A DNA stretch of 64,000 nucleotides from Patellaria atrata CBS 101060 (taxonomy: Eukaryota). Location: NCBI GenBank assembly GCA_010093705.1, contig MU006092.1:378623-442622 (forward strand), given 5' to 3'. Positions 50,981 through 62,251 of the stretch are shown here, piece after piece (positions within the stretch are counted from its first letter, which is position 1; each line of letters starts with the position of its first letter). The position numbers and the translations under genes were made by a program. The notes under the pieces are model-generated. The model was not told where the DNA came from. It did not search any database and worked only from the letters and a program-made list of their open reading frames with translations.

Positions 50981-52865
50981 TCACCCTCGCCCCCCAACCC
51001 TTCCCCCTTCCCCTTTGCTCAACAACATATCCCCCATAACCTCAATCTCCCGCCGATAGACAGCAACCTCATCGGCATCTCCAAACAGTACCGCGATCTC
51101 TTCGAGCGGTTGCTGCCTGTGTCCGGGAAGCGGAGCCAGATGATCAACCCGCCAATCGTGCCGGGGATGATGAACACAGAGGTAGAACTTCCAACCGATG
51201 TTCCTGCAATGCGGTGTTAGCTTTAAACTGGTTGGTTTCTGGGAACTGTGTTGTGGTATTCCTTGTCCTAGGTGGACGATTGCTTGGATGGGAGTCGGGG
51301 TGACTGTGAGATTGAAGGAGATTTTTGTTACTTGGGCTTGACTGTACACCCTAACGAGGCTGTAATTATAAAGTATACAATATCGCCTGAGCGTACGGTA
51401 CAAAGTGATCTGATTATACAACCTGACATGACGAGGCAAGGAAACTTTAATGTACAGAATGACTGGACTATAATGATACTGTACACAACTGCGTGACTGT
51501 ACGAAGATCACTTGACGTTATAAGATGAATGATTGTACGAAACCACAATTGTACAACCGGACTGGACTGTGCTGATAATCTAATTGTACGAATAACAAGC
51601 GAAGAGAACCTTAGAATCTACCATAGAATACTCAATAGAAAAGCAAGCGCACAGCGAACAAGGAACCACAGCAATGGATGAAATTATCAGAGAAATACGC
51701 ACTCAAATGCAGAAGGCGCAGCTTGCAGCCACATGATATTGGGCAGGGCTGTGACAGAGACACCTAGAGCCAGTCCCTTCGCGCGTAATGTGAAGGCCAA
51801 ACTTCAGCCCTGTAGAGATCAGTTGCGACACATTACAGACACACTCCTATCGACGCAAACCTACCAGAAGCTAAACTGTGTTCCGTCGACAAAAAGCCCA
51901 TACGGGATCTGAAAGATAAGAAGCATGGTAACAGCAGCATGAAGAGCAGCCGTATTGTCCGAAGGAACGAAAGTGGCGACAAGAGCTGCTTCGATGATGA
52001 ATGTGACCATACATCCGAGCACGCCGAACCTGAGATATCTATTGCATAGGAAGTGGCCGACTATCCATACCGCCATCAAATTGATACCTAAGGTAAGTGT
52101 AAGCCATGCTGCTGGATACAATAACTGCTTGACTGGTCTAAATCCTCGGTCTCGGTAAAGAGTCGGTCTGTAATCTAGGGATTGCTGGCTACGGATCTAG
52201 AACCAGGAGGTATGAACTGACTGTTGATAACCAGAACACCAGAGCATTTGATCAGAGAAAGCTAGGCCTACCGTAATCCAACCACGCATGCGGTAGGAGG
52301 GCTTCCGAATGATATGAAGCCAAGAACTTCCCAGAGTACGGTCGGTTGCGATCTACTTCTGAATTTGATAGAACTCAACTCGCCCAACTTGGTTATCTTG
52401 GTCAGTTGGATCGCTGTGACGTCTATCAAGAATTGCACGTGCCTCATCATGCTGATCTTTCATACAATAGCGGTGGCTCCGGGATCCAGTACAGTCTAGC
52501 TACGAGCATCAAGGGCCAAGCACATTTGAGGTGCAAGAGGTGAGCGCCATGTATTTCTCCCACCATTTTCCCAGAAGAAGAACCCAAAGCTCACCCACCC
52601 TTGGACCATTTAGCCAAAGATCTAGGCCACTGCATGTATGTCAACAAGACCGCCTCGCATGTCCACCGGTGACCACTCAGACATCCAGATCTTTGAGTGT
52701 AAGCTAAAGGAGCATATTCATAAACCGTTGAGAAAGCTTACCGGAACTGCGGCCAAGGACATGAAATGCAGCTGCACCCGCAATGAACCGGAAAACCAGG
52801 AACTGCACCAGAAATAGTGGCAAATGTAGCGCCCTGGAAGAATCGATGGTATGTAGGGACGCCAT
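50981..52865 (-). pseudogene. MFS sugar porter pseudogene
   Basis: Fragments FLVFRFIAG, IWMSE, RGGLVDIH, WLQAAPSAFE/NIGWKFYL and PLEEIAVLFGD are interrupted by stops, frameshifts and deletions. The N-terminal helices are missing. Confidence 0.85.
51249..51673. mobile_element. 425 bp solo-LTR-like (or MITE-like) insertion in an intron
   Basis: TG...CA termini with an imperfect terminal inverted repeat (TGTTGTGGTATTCCTTGT / ACAAGGAACCACAGCA) and internal TGTAC-rich repeats. Removing it shrinks intron 51204-51702 from 499 to 74 bp. No clear TSD. Confidence 0.6.
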
Positions 52866-54284
52866 TCTTTGTTAACGTTGAGAAGATAGGGATGGTTATA
52901 GATAATAGCTCTTTTGTATGGTGAGAAGATGAAGTTCGAATATGTTGAGGAAGTTTCAAGGATTCATATACTCTGGTGGTCTCTTTCGCCACCAGCGGGA
53001 GGTGCACTGACTGTAAGGCAGGATGGTAGGCGTTTGTTCACTGTGGTATCTTTTGATAGAATGGAGGGATATCGGCTTCGGAAAAGTAAAAGTGCTTGCT
53101 GTTTGGCGAATGCGGTTTCTTAGGGGTGTTGACGGTCTAAGTTTTTTTGGTTCTATGATCTCGATGGATTATGCTTTGTATCTTTTTTAATATGTATTAG
53201 AATAAAAGCTCTAAGTCTATGCGTACTATAGAGTAAATCAGTTTTATATCTAAAGTATGTCCTTGTGGGTGCATCTTACAAAGGCCAATACAAGTAGCAT
53301 GAACAGATCTTTTAAGTTATTGACAAGGGTATGCGGGAACGTGCAGGATATGCGCGGATAGTTACAGAACACTCCCAGGACACTTGCAAGACAGATTCAG
53401 GACAAGAACATCAGTTCTAGGATAAGGTCGAAAGAAGAGGACATTAACCATGAGACAAGAGCGAGGAGAGAAAGAGTAAAGACAAGGACAAGGTGTTATA
53501 GAAGATTATAGTTTTTCTCATTCACAATAAGACAGTCATGTCTCTTGGTTCATTTGGTTCTAGAGCTGATAGAAAAATGGATGGCGAATCGTCCATGGGG
53601 GAAAGAAACACGTCGTCTTCAACCTTGGAGCTGGAAAGGCCGCCATCATCCAGGAGAATGCATGGCTTACTGTTTTCTATTCATCTTAGCTTATGTGGCA
53701 GGTTCGTCTAGAAATACCGCTGAAGGGCATCCCAGAGAGTTGCTTAGAATTTGTTTCGGGTCGAGCTTGACGCAGGGTTCTTGTGGTAATAGAGCAGGAA
53801 TGAATCGTAGTGTACCGTTTGTAATGTAGGTTGGGCCCTTAGCCTATTTTTCTAGAGTTCTTGAAAAGCGTGCTGGTTGAGAAACGAGATTTTAATAAGA
53901 GGTGTTGTATACAGTATCTTTGGGATGTGAGCCTTAAGCTGAAGACTGCATCGTGTGAGTCACGTTCCACAACTTAGTATTCTCTGCTCATTTTGCAGGG
54001 CCGCTATTGTACGTATACATGGATACTAGTGAAATTCACCAGGAGTCGGATTTGGACAAGGATTCTTTCGCCACTATATGGTTCCTGCATTGCTGTACAG
54101 TACACATAATGGGACGAAAGCTTAACTCACAAATTCATTTCGTTAGCATTGAACTATACAGTGGGTTGATAGCCTTCTCCGAGTGTACAGCTATTCAAAT
54201 AGCTTCCCAACAAGAAACCTAATGATATATCGTCGTGACGTTGGTTGCGTTTGACGACTTAGTAATATGGGTATACTAACCATC

Positions 54285-56520
54285 TCAAATAAAGTCAAAC
54301 GTATCTCCCCTCTTATCTTTCACCATCCCGTTAACTCTCTTAGTCCCAATAATCCTCTCCATCCTCAAACCGTCCCATCTCGAAAACATGGCCCTCAAGC
54401 TAACTTCACTTGGATCCGTCTTCCCCTCTGCCACTGTTTCCCCCAGAAATCCGCCCACGATCTCCTCGTAGAAGATAGGATTATCGGGCACAGCATACAT
54501 AACAACCTTCTTCACTCCTCTGACCCGATACCGTCTGAAATGATGTGCGCGACCACTGTACAGCAGGACCGCGTGACGACCGGTAAGGAAATGTGAGCGC
54601 GCTCGCCGCACGTCGGGTACGTCCGTATACTCTGAGATCGCTCCAAATGATATATTCTCCGTTTGGGTTGATGTGGCAAAGTGATTCCGGACACGCACAA
54701 AGTCATGATATGAAGGAATGAAAATGAGGATGCCTTGTCCGCCTTCCGCCGGCTTCGGTAACCGTGTCAAGCCTGGAAGAATCGCAGTGCAGAAATACTT
54801 GAACCGGGAATCCGGATCCGCGACGGGATTAGGAGAGTCGTATCTCGAGAACGTCTGTTTGACCTGGAGAGGGAGATGTACGATTGCTCCGTCGTACTCA
54901 GGTTGATATTTGACTTTTCCGGCGACGTTGTGGCAGTATCTGGAAAAAAGACTATTGAGTTCAGGGGTTAGGTAAGCAGAGAGTATGACGGTCTGACGGA
55001 GATATTTTGCGTTATTATCCAGGTACCAAGAACGTACACGACTGAAATCGCAACCGTGGGCCTCCTTAGGCTGTTGATTCAAATGGCTGAATATATATTC
55101 TACATGGTCCCAGTTTTGCATGAGCATCGCGTCTGCCTGATCAACAATGACCAGTTCGATTGAACTTAGGAAATCGGAGTCCTGTTTCTTGGTTTTGGGG
55201 TCAACTGTCTCAATAGTTCGTCGGAGTCCCAGTGGTGAAGCAAAAATAATATCGGAATTATAGAATTTCGAGAAAAACTTTATGGTTTTGCGCGTAAACT
55301 TCAATCCTAATTTGTATTCGTTGTTGTCGTTACCTTCGAATAGTTCTCGGAAGTCTTCAGGCTTGGCTTCAAATAGCTTCCCGTCATCAACGTTAGCAAA
55401 TGTGTCCTGAAACCTCTTCTTGTTTTCCTGCTGCTCTGGGTCGCATAACTCTGTGATAATGTTGACCGCGTGTACGCAAGCTTCTTTCGTTTCGAGAAGC
55501 ATAAGAATTTTAGGCCTGGTAAAGCCTTGATCCCTTAACTCGAGATCCGTCTCCTCTTGTTCTCTTGATAGGCGTGCTGTGTTCTTCAGTATCCGATCTC
55601 GAGTTTTGAATAGGTGGTTAAGGGCATGTAGACAGGCGACCTTCCTTAAATTTCTCCCGTTACTGACTGTCCGCCCGGCAAATAAGATGTCCTTATAATC
55701 AAATAAATGTGGCGTTACTGCAACTTGCACTTTATCCAGTTCCCCAATGGATTTCTGCGCGGGATCTATAATTCTCCGCTTTAGCTTTAAATCATCTAAT
55801 GACCGAATGTTTCGTTTTGAGGGTGGTGCCGTATCTCCAGCCAGGCTAATTGAAGCTTTACCGAGAGATCCTATTTGGATCTTGTGAGAAGCCCATTTAT
55901 TTGCTTGGACATCTTTTACTTTTAAGTTTAGTTGCTCCATAGTGGGAGAGAAGTGAGACTCAAATGGATCAGCTGCATCCTCATCCTCATTGTCAAGCAA
56001 CTGATCCTCAATTGCTTCTTGTTCATTTTCGTTTACATTCTCGACGTCGTTGGGATCAGGAGCCCCTTCATCAAACGATGAGTCTTGATTATGACCTTCC
56101 TCGAAGTCGTCATCGTGAGTGGCATCCGGCGTACTGGCAGAGGACCTATCTTCACGTACATCATCATCATTCAATCTTCTTTTTTTCTTTGGAGGCCGGG
56201 TTGAACGAGATGATTGCTGGAAAAGCTGGAGCAACAAGTTGTATGCTTTAGTAGGAGGTTCAATAACTTCTTCCTCGCCGCCAGATTCTTCGCTCGAGCT
56301 TAACTCGTCCTCCTCTTCTTCAGCCCGTGTAGGGCTTGCAGTATCCCTAAAGATGATGAGTTTTAAATCTAAGTCAAGTGACCCTATTATCTTACTCTAC
56401 TTCCTGCTCAGGATCTTCTATACGAGACTTTTGGAAATTGTCTCGGCGAGGAAAACTCTTCTTCTGCCGCTTTGCAATTCTACCTGTATTATGACTAGAT
56501 TTGCGATGTATTGGAGCCAT
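54285..56520 (-). CDS. UTP25: U3 snoRNA-associated protein 25 (DUF1253)
   Basis: ATG 56520 and intron 56347-56395. Motifs RDQGFTRPK, DIIFASPLGLR, DFLSSIE, MQNWDHV and GCDFSRVRSWYLD. Confidence 0.93.
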
Positions 56521-56790
56521 AATCAAGGTATCTCTTGTAAAGGTGATAGCAATAACGGTCGTTGAGGTTCATATGAAAAAAAGTCTACGCACAGACCATA
56601 AGATTAGATCCACCAAGATTAGATTTTTTTTCTGCGGTGTTCAGACGAAGCGAGGAATTTTGAGATTAAGCCCACGACAGCCCACCAAACAGAACAATAT
56701 CCCCACCGGCGTCCACCAGAACTGTCTGGTTTTTGAAATCGAGGCCTTTAGATTGAGAGTCTTAGACAGTTTACCTAACATCCGCCCGTC

Positions 56791-57940
56791 ATGGCGGACA
56801 CGCAATCTTTCCTCCACCTAGCCCGTCCTCTTGGTCCCGCATCTGTTGGAGCGCAACCGTCAACCGCACCCTTGTCGGTTACGATACAACCACAAGTAAG
56901 AACAAGCACAAATCATATCTCAGATTACATTCGACTGAACATAGAATAGGCTCTTTTCTCTATCCTAGATCACGCCGTCCGAAGACCTCAAGATCAAGAT
57001 CGCGTAATTGGTACGCTACTGGGTACGCGCAGCGAAGATGGCACCGAAGTTGAGATTCGAAACTGCTATGCAGTCCCACACACAGAGACCACTGAACAGG
57101 TCGAAGTAGACATGGACTATCAGAAGTCTATGCTGGCGCTTCATCTACGCGCCAACCCTCGAGAGGTTCTTGTGGGATGGTACGCCACGTCAGGCGAGCT
57201 TAACACATTCTCCGCCCTTATTCAAAACTTTTACGGCCAGCAAGGTGATGGGACATGGCCACATCCCGCAGTGCATTTGACGGTCAGCACCATTCCAGGG
57301 GAGGATATTGAAGCAAGGACGTATATTAGTGCGCCAATAGGGGTTACTGCTGAGAGGGCAGCTGATAGCTGTTTATTCATACCAGTACCATATGAAATCA
57401 AATATGGCGAGGCCGAAAAGAGCGGATTAGAAATAATAGCCGCTGCTAAAGACAAGGAGGATCGAACCACAAATATTGCTACAGACATTGAGTCGATAGA
57501 GACTGCTATTGAACAGGTGCTTGATATGCTGGAGCGCGTCTCTAACTATGTCAGCAACGTATTGGATGAGGAAGCGGAGCCAAGCACCGCTTTAGGACAA
57601 TTCTTGATGAATGCTTTGAGTTTGGCGCCGAAGGTTGAGCCTGCAGATATTGAGAGAGATTTGTACGTAATGCTCTTTACTTTTATACATCGATTACTAA
57701 TGGTCACTCAGCAACAACCACATCCAGGATGTTCTAGTCGTCTCATATCTGGCCAACACTATCCGTACACAGATCGACTTGTCGAATAGATTAGCAACTG
57801 CTGCCCTTACTCTTGGAACTGGAGACGCACTAGGAGGCTCCACAGGAGGCCAGGAAGGTGGCCAGAAAGAGGGAGGGAGACAAGACCAGAGACGTGGTGG
57901 GAAAGGAAGAGGGCAGAACAGACAGCAGCAGCAGGAGTAG
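56791..57940 (+). CDS. eIF3f: Eukaryotic translation initiation factor 3 subunit F
   Basis: MPN domain ([24 protein letters not shown]) and [21 protein letters not shown]. Introns at ~56896-56949 and 57663-57711; TAG at 57938-57940. Confidence 0.92.
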
Positions 57941-58588
57941 GTTCAGTAATGTGCGCTTTATGAAATATAGTGATGTGCATGATGGATGCATTTGGCCGGG
58001 AAGAGGTCTGGCGTTCAAGGTGCAGCATAATTGTGTATATTTGGTGGCCCCTATTCTGAGCGCTTTAAAAGGACCTGTATATCCGGTCCCCAAAGTTGAC
58101 GGCCGAGCGTGCTGTCTGGTAGCAACTTGGAATTGCGTTGAGCAACTGTATTCACACATCGTCCATGACAGAAAATGGCTTTCGAATCCTTGGCCGTTCG
58201 TGAACTCAGAAACTGTCTCCTATTCTATGGAAATGACTGATTCACGTGTATGCTGAGAAATATTAATTTTCTTCCGACCGTATTGATAGTTCACAGGCGA
58301 TATTTGCGTACGACATGCCCTTTGGTGTGACAAATAAATAGCTAACTGTACTAAAATGACCGTAAAATCTTGTCTGACGTCTTCTTAAGCAACAATAAGC
58401 TCAAAGGGACGAGGGCGGATAAATTCCGGCTCATTACGCCTTAGAAATGTAGACGCCCGAATGCAAGAACTCAACTCGGCGCGTCTCCGTTCGAATTCCA
58501 CAACTACACTCCTTACTCGACAACGAGGTCGGAGATGGGCTTACAAAACCAACACAGACCTTGATAGTGTCGAGTTTCTACCTTAATC

Positions 58589-59693
58589 ATGGTACAAATA
58601 ACGCTATCATCGTAAGCAACAGCGCCCCTCCAGACCAAGCACCACTCCAAACTAACACCCCACACACAGGCTCTGGAGCATATTCCTCTTTGTCGGCCCC
58701 ATCCTCCTCCCAAAGCTCATCGTCTTCTACCGCTCCGTGCGGAACCCTCCTCCAAACGTCCCCATCCGGCCCACCCCGCCCAAAATCAAACGCGCCCGCG
58801 GCCTCCTCGCTCTCTCAGTCTGCATCTTTCTCGCCCTGACCCTCCCCTACTTCGACCCCCCGAACATCTTCAAAGTGACCCAATCCAGGCTCCAGACGCC
58901 CACCGACGTGCTCTTCGCCCGTCTCGCCGCAACGGGCCATCCGATCACGCCCCGAGAAGAGACTCTCCGCGCGCGCTTCGTGAGCCTGGACGCCCGGCTC
59001 GCCTATCTCCAGTTCGGCCCCGCGGTCGTGGGAGACTGTCCGTTCTGCAACTCCGCGGACCCAGCGACGTGGCTGTACTTCGCGCTTCCGTCGCTACTGG
59101 CGCCGCATCTGGTGCACATATCCGTGCTGCTGCTCGCGACGTCGAGCGTCTTCGGCCCGGAGGCGCGGCGCTGGAGGTTACAGGCCATGATCGCGGGCGT
59201 CGCGCTCGCGGCTGCGGAATTGTATATCGTTGCGACGTATGATAGTAGCTATAACCGACGCGCTGTGCAAGGGGAGGCGCTGTTCCCGCTCTTTTGGTAC
59301 GCGAGGATGGTCAGACCGGTTGCCTTTTGTCTTGTGCAGTTGTCTCTCAGTTGGTTTCTTAAACTCACTGCTACAAACCGACTTTTTCCCATTCCGCCTT
59401 CCGTGGCTGAGCGACTGGAATCCCATAGTAGGCTGTTAGAGACCGTAGGCGGGAAGATAGGAGCGCTGGTGCAGGTGAGAAACGCGGTGTTCAGGGATAA
59501 GGCGCTTATGGAACGGGTGGAGGAGTACTGGAGCGAGGAGGGGAGAGTTATCAGCGAGACTCAGGAGGAAAGGGAGGTCGTGGAAAGCGTTAATCGCGTG
59601 TTGGAGAGGATGGATGTGCCTGCTCTGGAGAAGCATGCGGAGGACTACGTGGAGCAGGTTACGAAGGAGATGTTCAAAGCTTCTAAAGCTTAG
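58589..59693 (+). CDS. Conserved fungal multi-pass membrane protein, unknown function
   Basis: ATG 58589 and intron 58612-58669. Contains NIFKVTQSRLQTPTDVLFARL, YLQFGP..VGDCPFC and several hydrophobic helices. Confidence 0.8.
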
Positions 59694-59852
59694 GTCGAGA
59701 GCATGGTGGTTATATTCACGCAGCGAGACAGCATTGCAAGGTCGCACGATCGGCGTTCGAAGGAACAAAAATGTATAAGTAGTTGATCAAGGAAATACCC
59801 AACGATTTCGTCAAAAGATGATAATACATGTACCGTAGGAACACCACATCAG

Positions 59853-59883
<31 letters not shown>
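59853..59883. repeat. T13-A18 homopolymer junction; possible Pol III terminator for the minus-strand unit
   Basis: T-run at 59853-59865 directly followed by an A-run at 59866-59883. Confidence 0.7.
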
Positions 59884-60056
59884 GTTTGAAATCACAAAAC
59901 AATTAGGCCCGTAGGTCTCCTTGAATCCCCGGGCGGGTTTTTGCTGCCGCTGCTCCATTGACCTGAGGTTTACCGATAAACCCGCCCGGAGGGATTCGAA
60001 CCGATGACGTTTGCGGGGATTGTAGTCAGACTGCCTGACCGCTCTGCTATACGGGT
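59880..60056 (-). ncRNA. tRNA-derived (Arg-like) putative Pol III unit with a 3' fold-back extension
   Basis: A-box TAGCAGAGCGG, B-box GGTTCGAATCC and a partial acceptor stem. The anticodon arm is broken. An 18 bp downstream inverted repeat and a T18 tract follow. Confidence 0.5.
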
Positions 60057-60106
60057 TAGTTGAATGTTGGACGCGCCTGGATCGAATATAAGTCAATGAC
60101 CCGTAA

Positions 60107-60194
60107 ACTCATTTTAGGGGGGGATAAGGGGGTTATCCCCCGCGGAATTCAGGGGGAATGTGTTCGAGTCCCGTGGTGAGCGGGATGGCTTTTT
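60107..60194 (+). ncRNA. Second degenerate tRNA-like unit, divergent from the first
   Basis: CTCATT/GGTGAG acceptor-like pairing spanning ~75 nt, T-arm ATGTG-TTCGAGT-CCCGT and T5 at 60190-60194. There is no canonical anticodon arm. Confidence 0.3.
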
Positions 60195-60773
60195 GTTTGT
60201 CTCTGCGGATATGTGGGGTTTGTTTGGTTTTATTGGGCTGAGGAGGCTTATGGGAATGAAGTCAGCAGGGAAAGAGATAAAGGAGAGGCTGTAGGTCTTT
60301 TTCTGGGACGTTCGGATTGCTCAGGAGAAAGAAAGGGAGCCGACGAGTTGGTGAAAGGGGATATCACATTTGTTATTACGAAGGGAGAGAAGAAGTGTCC
60401 TGGACGGTTGTTAACTTTTTGAAGAAACTAATCCTTATCATATTCTTTTGCAGGAAAGAGATACTTCTGACTTCTGAGTTACCCTCAATGGGATAAATGT
60501 TGACAGAATATTAAAAGAATGGCGCGTCCTACAACTGCCTGAACTACCCAGCTCTCCCTCTCTATAACCCCTGAACTCAAAATGTATTATAACACGATAT
60601 TTCAACAAGGGGCAATGTGACCCTCTGAACTTTGATTAATATTAGAGTCGTTGTCTACCAAACGTTTAGACGCACCCGCCAAAGATAATGCCATGCTAAA
60701 CGCCAAATCCGAAATATGCCGCCCCGTAGCTCCAGATTCTTCTGATCTTAACACCTTTGGACCCGATTTTAGC

Positions 60774-62105
60774 CTAGACCTCCTGTACAGCGTCATGCTC
60801 CTCTTCTTCAATGATATGACCCCACTCATGCTGCTCCTTCCCATACATGATCCCCTTCAACCAACCTCTGATGAGTGTGGTAACCATCCCACCCATTCCA
60901 TCCTTCCCCATCGGAATTTTGTAATCCTCGCCCCTGAACGTGACCATTTGCACCGGCGCGATGAAAAACGCAGTCCCGCACGCCAGAGCCTCGACTAAGC
61001 GTCCCTCTCTAGCTGCTTCAACCATCTCGTGCATATAGAACTTGCGCTCCATGATCTTCAAGGCTGGTAGATCAATCTCCAGGTTGGAATCGTAGTAACC
61101 AGATATCAGTCGTTGTCGCGCGAGTTCCAACACTGATCTTCTCGTAACTCCGTCTAGAATGATGCGGCCATGGAGGGGTGCCGTAACTAATTCCAACTCA
61201 CCCTCCTTCGTCTTCCACACTACAAAGAAATTGCTCGCCCCCGCTTCCGTAACCTCGCATTTCTCACCGAAGAGCCATAGGATCTGATGATACCCCTTCT
61301 TCTTTGCCTCACCTTGAGCTAGCAAGCTAGGCCCGTAATTCGCACCGACTTTGGCGTACCCAAAACCCCCGGGCCAGGCGCGGACCATATCGTCTTGGGA
61401 GGCGAGGAGATTCATGCCGATATTAGGGCTACTGGAAGCGAGATCGGGAAAACATGTGAGGATGATGTAGAGGAGTGCCTCTTTGGGTTTTTGGACACCG
61501 AGGGCGGGATCGTTGGCAATCATAGTCGGGCGGACGTAGAGGAAGCGCCCAGGATATTTCTTCGGTAGCCATTTCGGTCCATCTCGAGCACATAGTGCCT
61601 CGACTAACTTGAGCAGTTCCTCGGGAGGGAAACCAGGAAGTGCGATCCGAGTCGAGGAAAGGAGCATACGTGCACAGTTCAAGTTCGGCCGGAACAACCG
61701 CAATTTGCCGTCGTACCCGCGATATAACTTCATTCCCTCGAAACATTCGGTTGCGTAGTGCAGGACGCTCGCGGTCGGCATGAGGGATAGGGGACCGTAG
61801 GGGTGGAGGTGAGGCGCTTGCCAGCCACCGTTGAGTGTCCATTGGCAGGTTATCATGTGGTCAGTGCAGCATTGCATGGACATGATTTCGGGGCTGTTTG
61901 GTTCGGGTACAAGTTTCGGGGTTTGGGAGAAAGTTATGCGAAGCAGAGAAGCATCCAACTCCGGTAGAGGTGTTGAGACTCCCTCGACGCCATTTGGTAG
62001 TGCTGATGAGGTAGATGTGGAAAGGGAAGACGTTATGCCATTGTTGGTGAGTTCAGTAGTTGTAAGGTCCGAAGATCCTTCAATTGGAATAGCAGATGGT
62101 GACAT
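60774..62105 (-). CDS. Branched-chain amino acid aminotransferase (PLP class IV)
   Basis: LHYATECFEGMK, LYVRPT, RAWPGGFGYAKVGANY (PLP Lys), TEAGASN, ILDGVTRRS and CGTA. The start is probably MSPSAIP at 62105. Confidence 0.93.
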   Translation of the reverse strand: MSPSAIPIEGSSDLTTTELTNNGITSSLSTSTSSALPNGVEGVSTPLPELDASLLRITFSQTPKLVPEPNSPEIMSMQCCTDHMITCQWTLNGGWQAPHLHPYGPLSLMPTASVLHYATECFEGMKLYRGYDGKLRLFRPNLNCARMLLSSTRIALPGFPPEELLKLVEALCARDGPKWLPKKYPGRFLYVRPTMIANDPALGVQKPKEALLYIILTCFPDLASSSPNIGMNLLASQDDMVRAWPGGFGYAKVGANYGPSLLAQGEAKKKGYHQILWLFGEKCEVTEAGASNFFVVWKTKEGELELVTAPLHGRIILDGVTRRSVLELARQRLISGYYDSNLEIDLPALKIMERKFYMHEMVEAAREGRLVEALACGTAFFIAPVQMVTFRGEDYKIPMGKDGMGGMVTTLIRGWLKGIMYGKEQHEWGHIIEEEEHDAVQEV

Positions 62106-62221
62106 TATGAGGGATTTAGTCCGTATACTGTTGGGATAGTCTGATATAAAGTGGAAAAGGAGGCGGGGATGAGTGTATGTATAACTGGATGTATGACTGA
62201 TGAAGAGAGTAATCACTCGAC

Positions 62222-62251
62222 GTCTAATTGAAGTCTAATTGAAGTCTAATT
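62222..62251. repeat. 11 bp tandem repeat GTCTAATTGAA, ~2.7 copies
   Basis: GTCTAATTGAA GTCTAATTGAA GTCTAATT lies in the upstream region of the BCAT gene. Confidence 0.8.

Noticed and set aside
53100..53950. AT/TpA-rich stretch as a transposon relic
   Set aside because: I could not identify terminal repeats or transposase/RT motifs.
58589..59693. Chorismate synthase label, which I recall being attached to similar proteins
   Set aside because: There are no chorismate synthase motifs, and the protein is a multi-pass membrane protein.
59940..59980. Minus-strand CAGGTCAATGGAGCAG resembles SRP RNA helix 8
   Set aside because: It lacks the GNRA tetraloop and a recognisable fungal SRP 5' Alu motif, and the unit is short. 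Infernal would be needed to exclude it formally.
59979..60056. Functional tRNA gene
   Set aside because: The anticodon stem and T stem do not pair, so it is reported as tRNA-derived instead.
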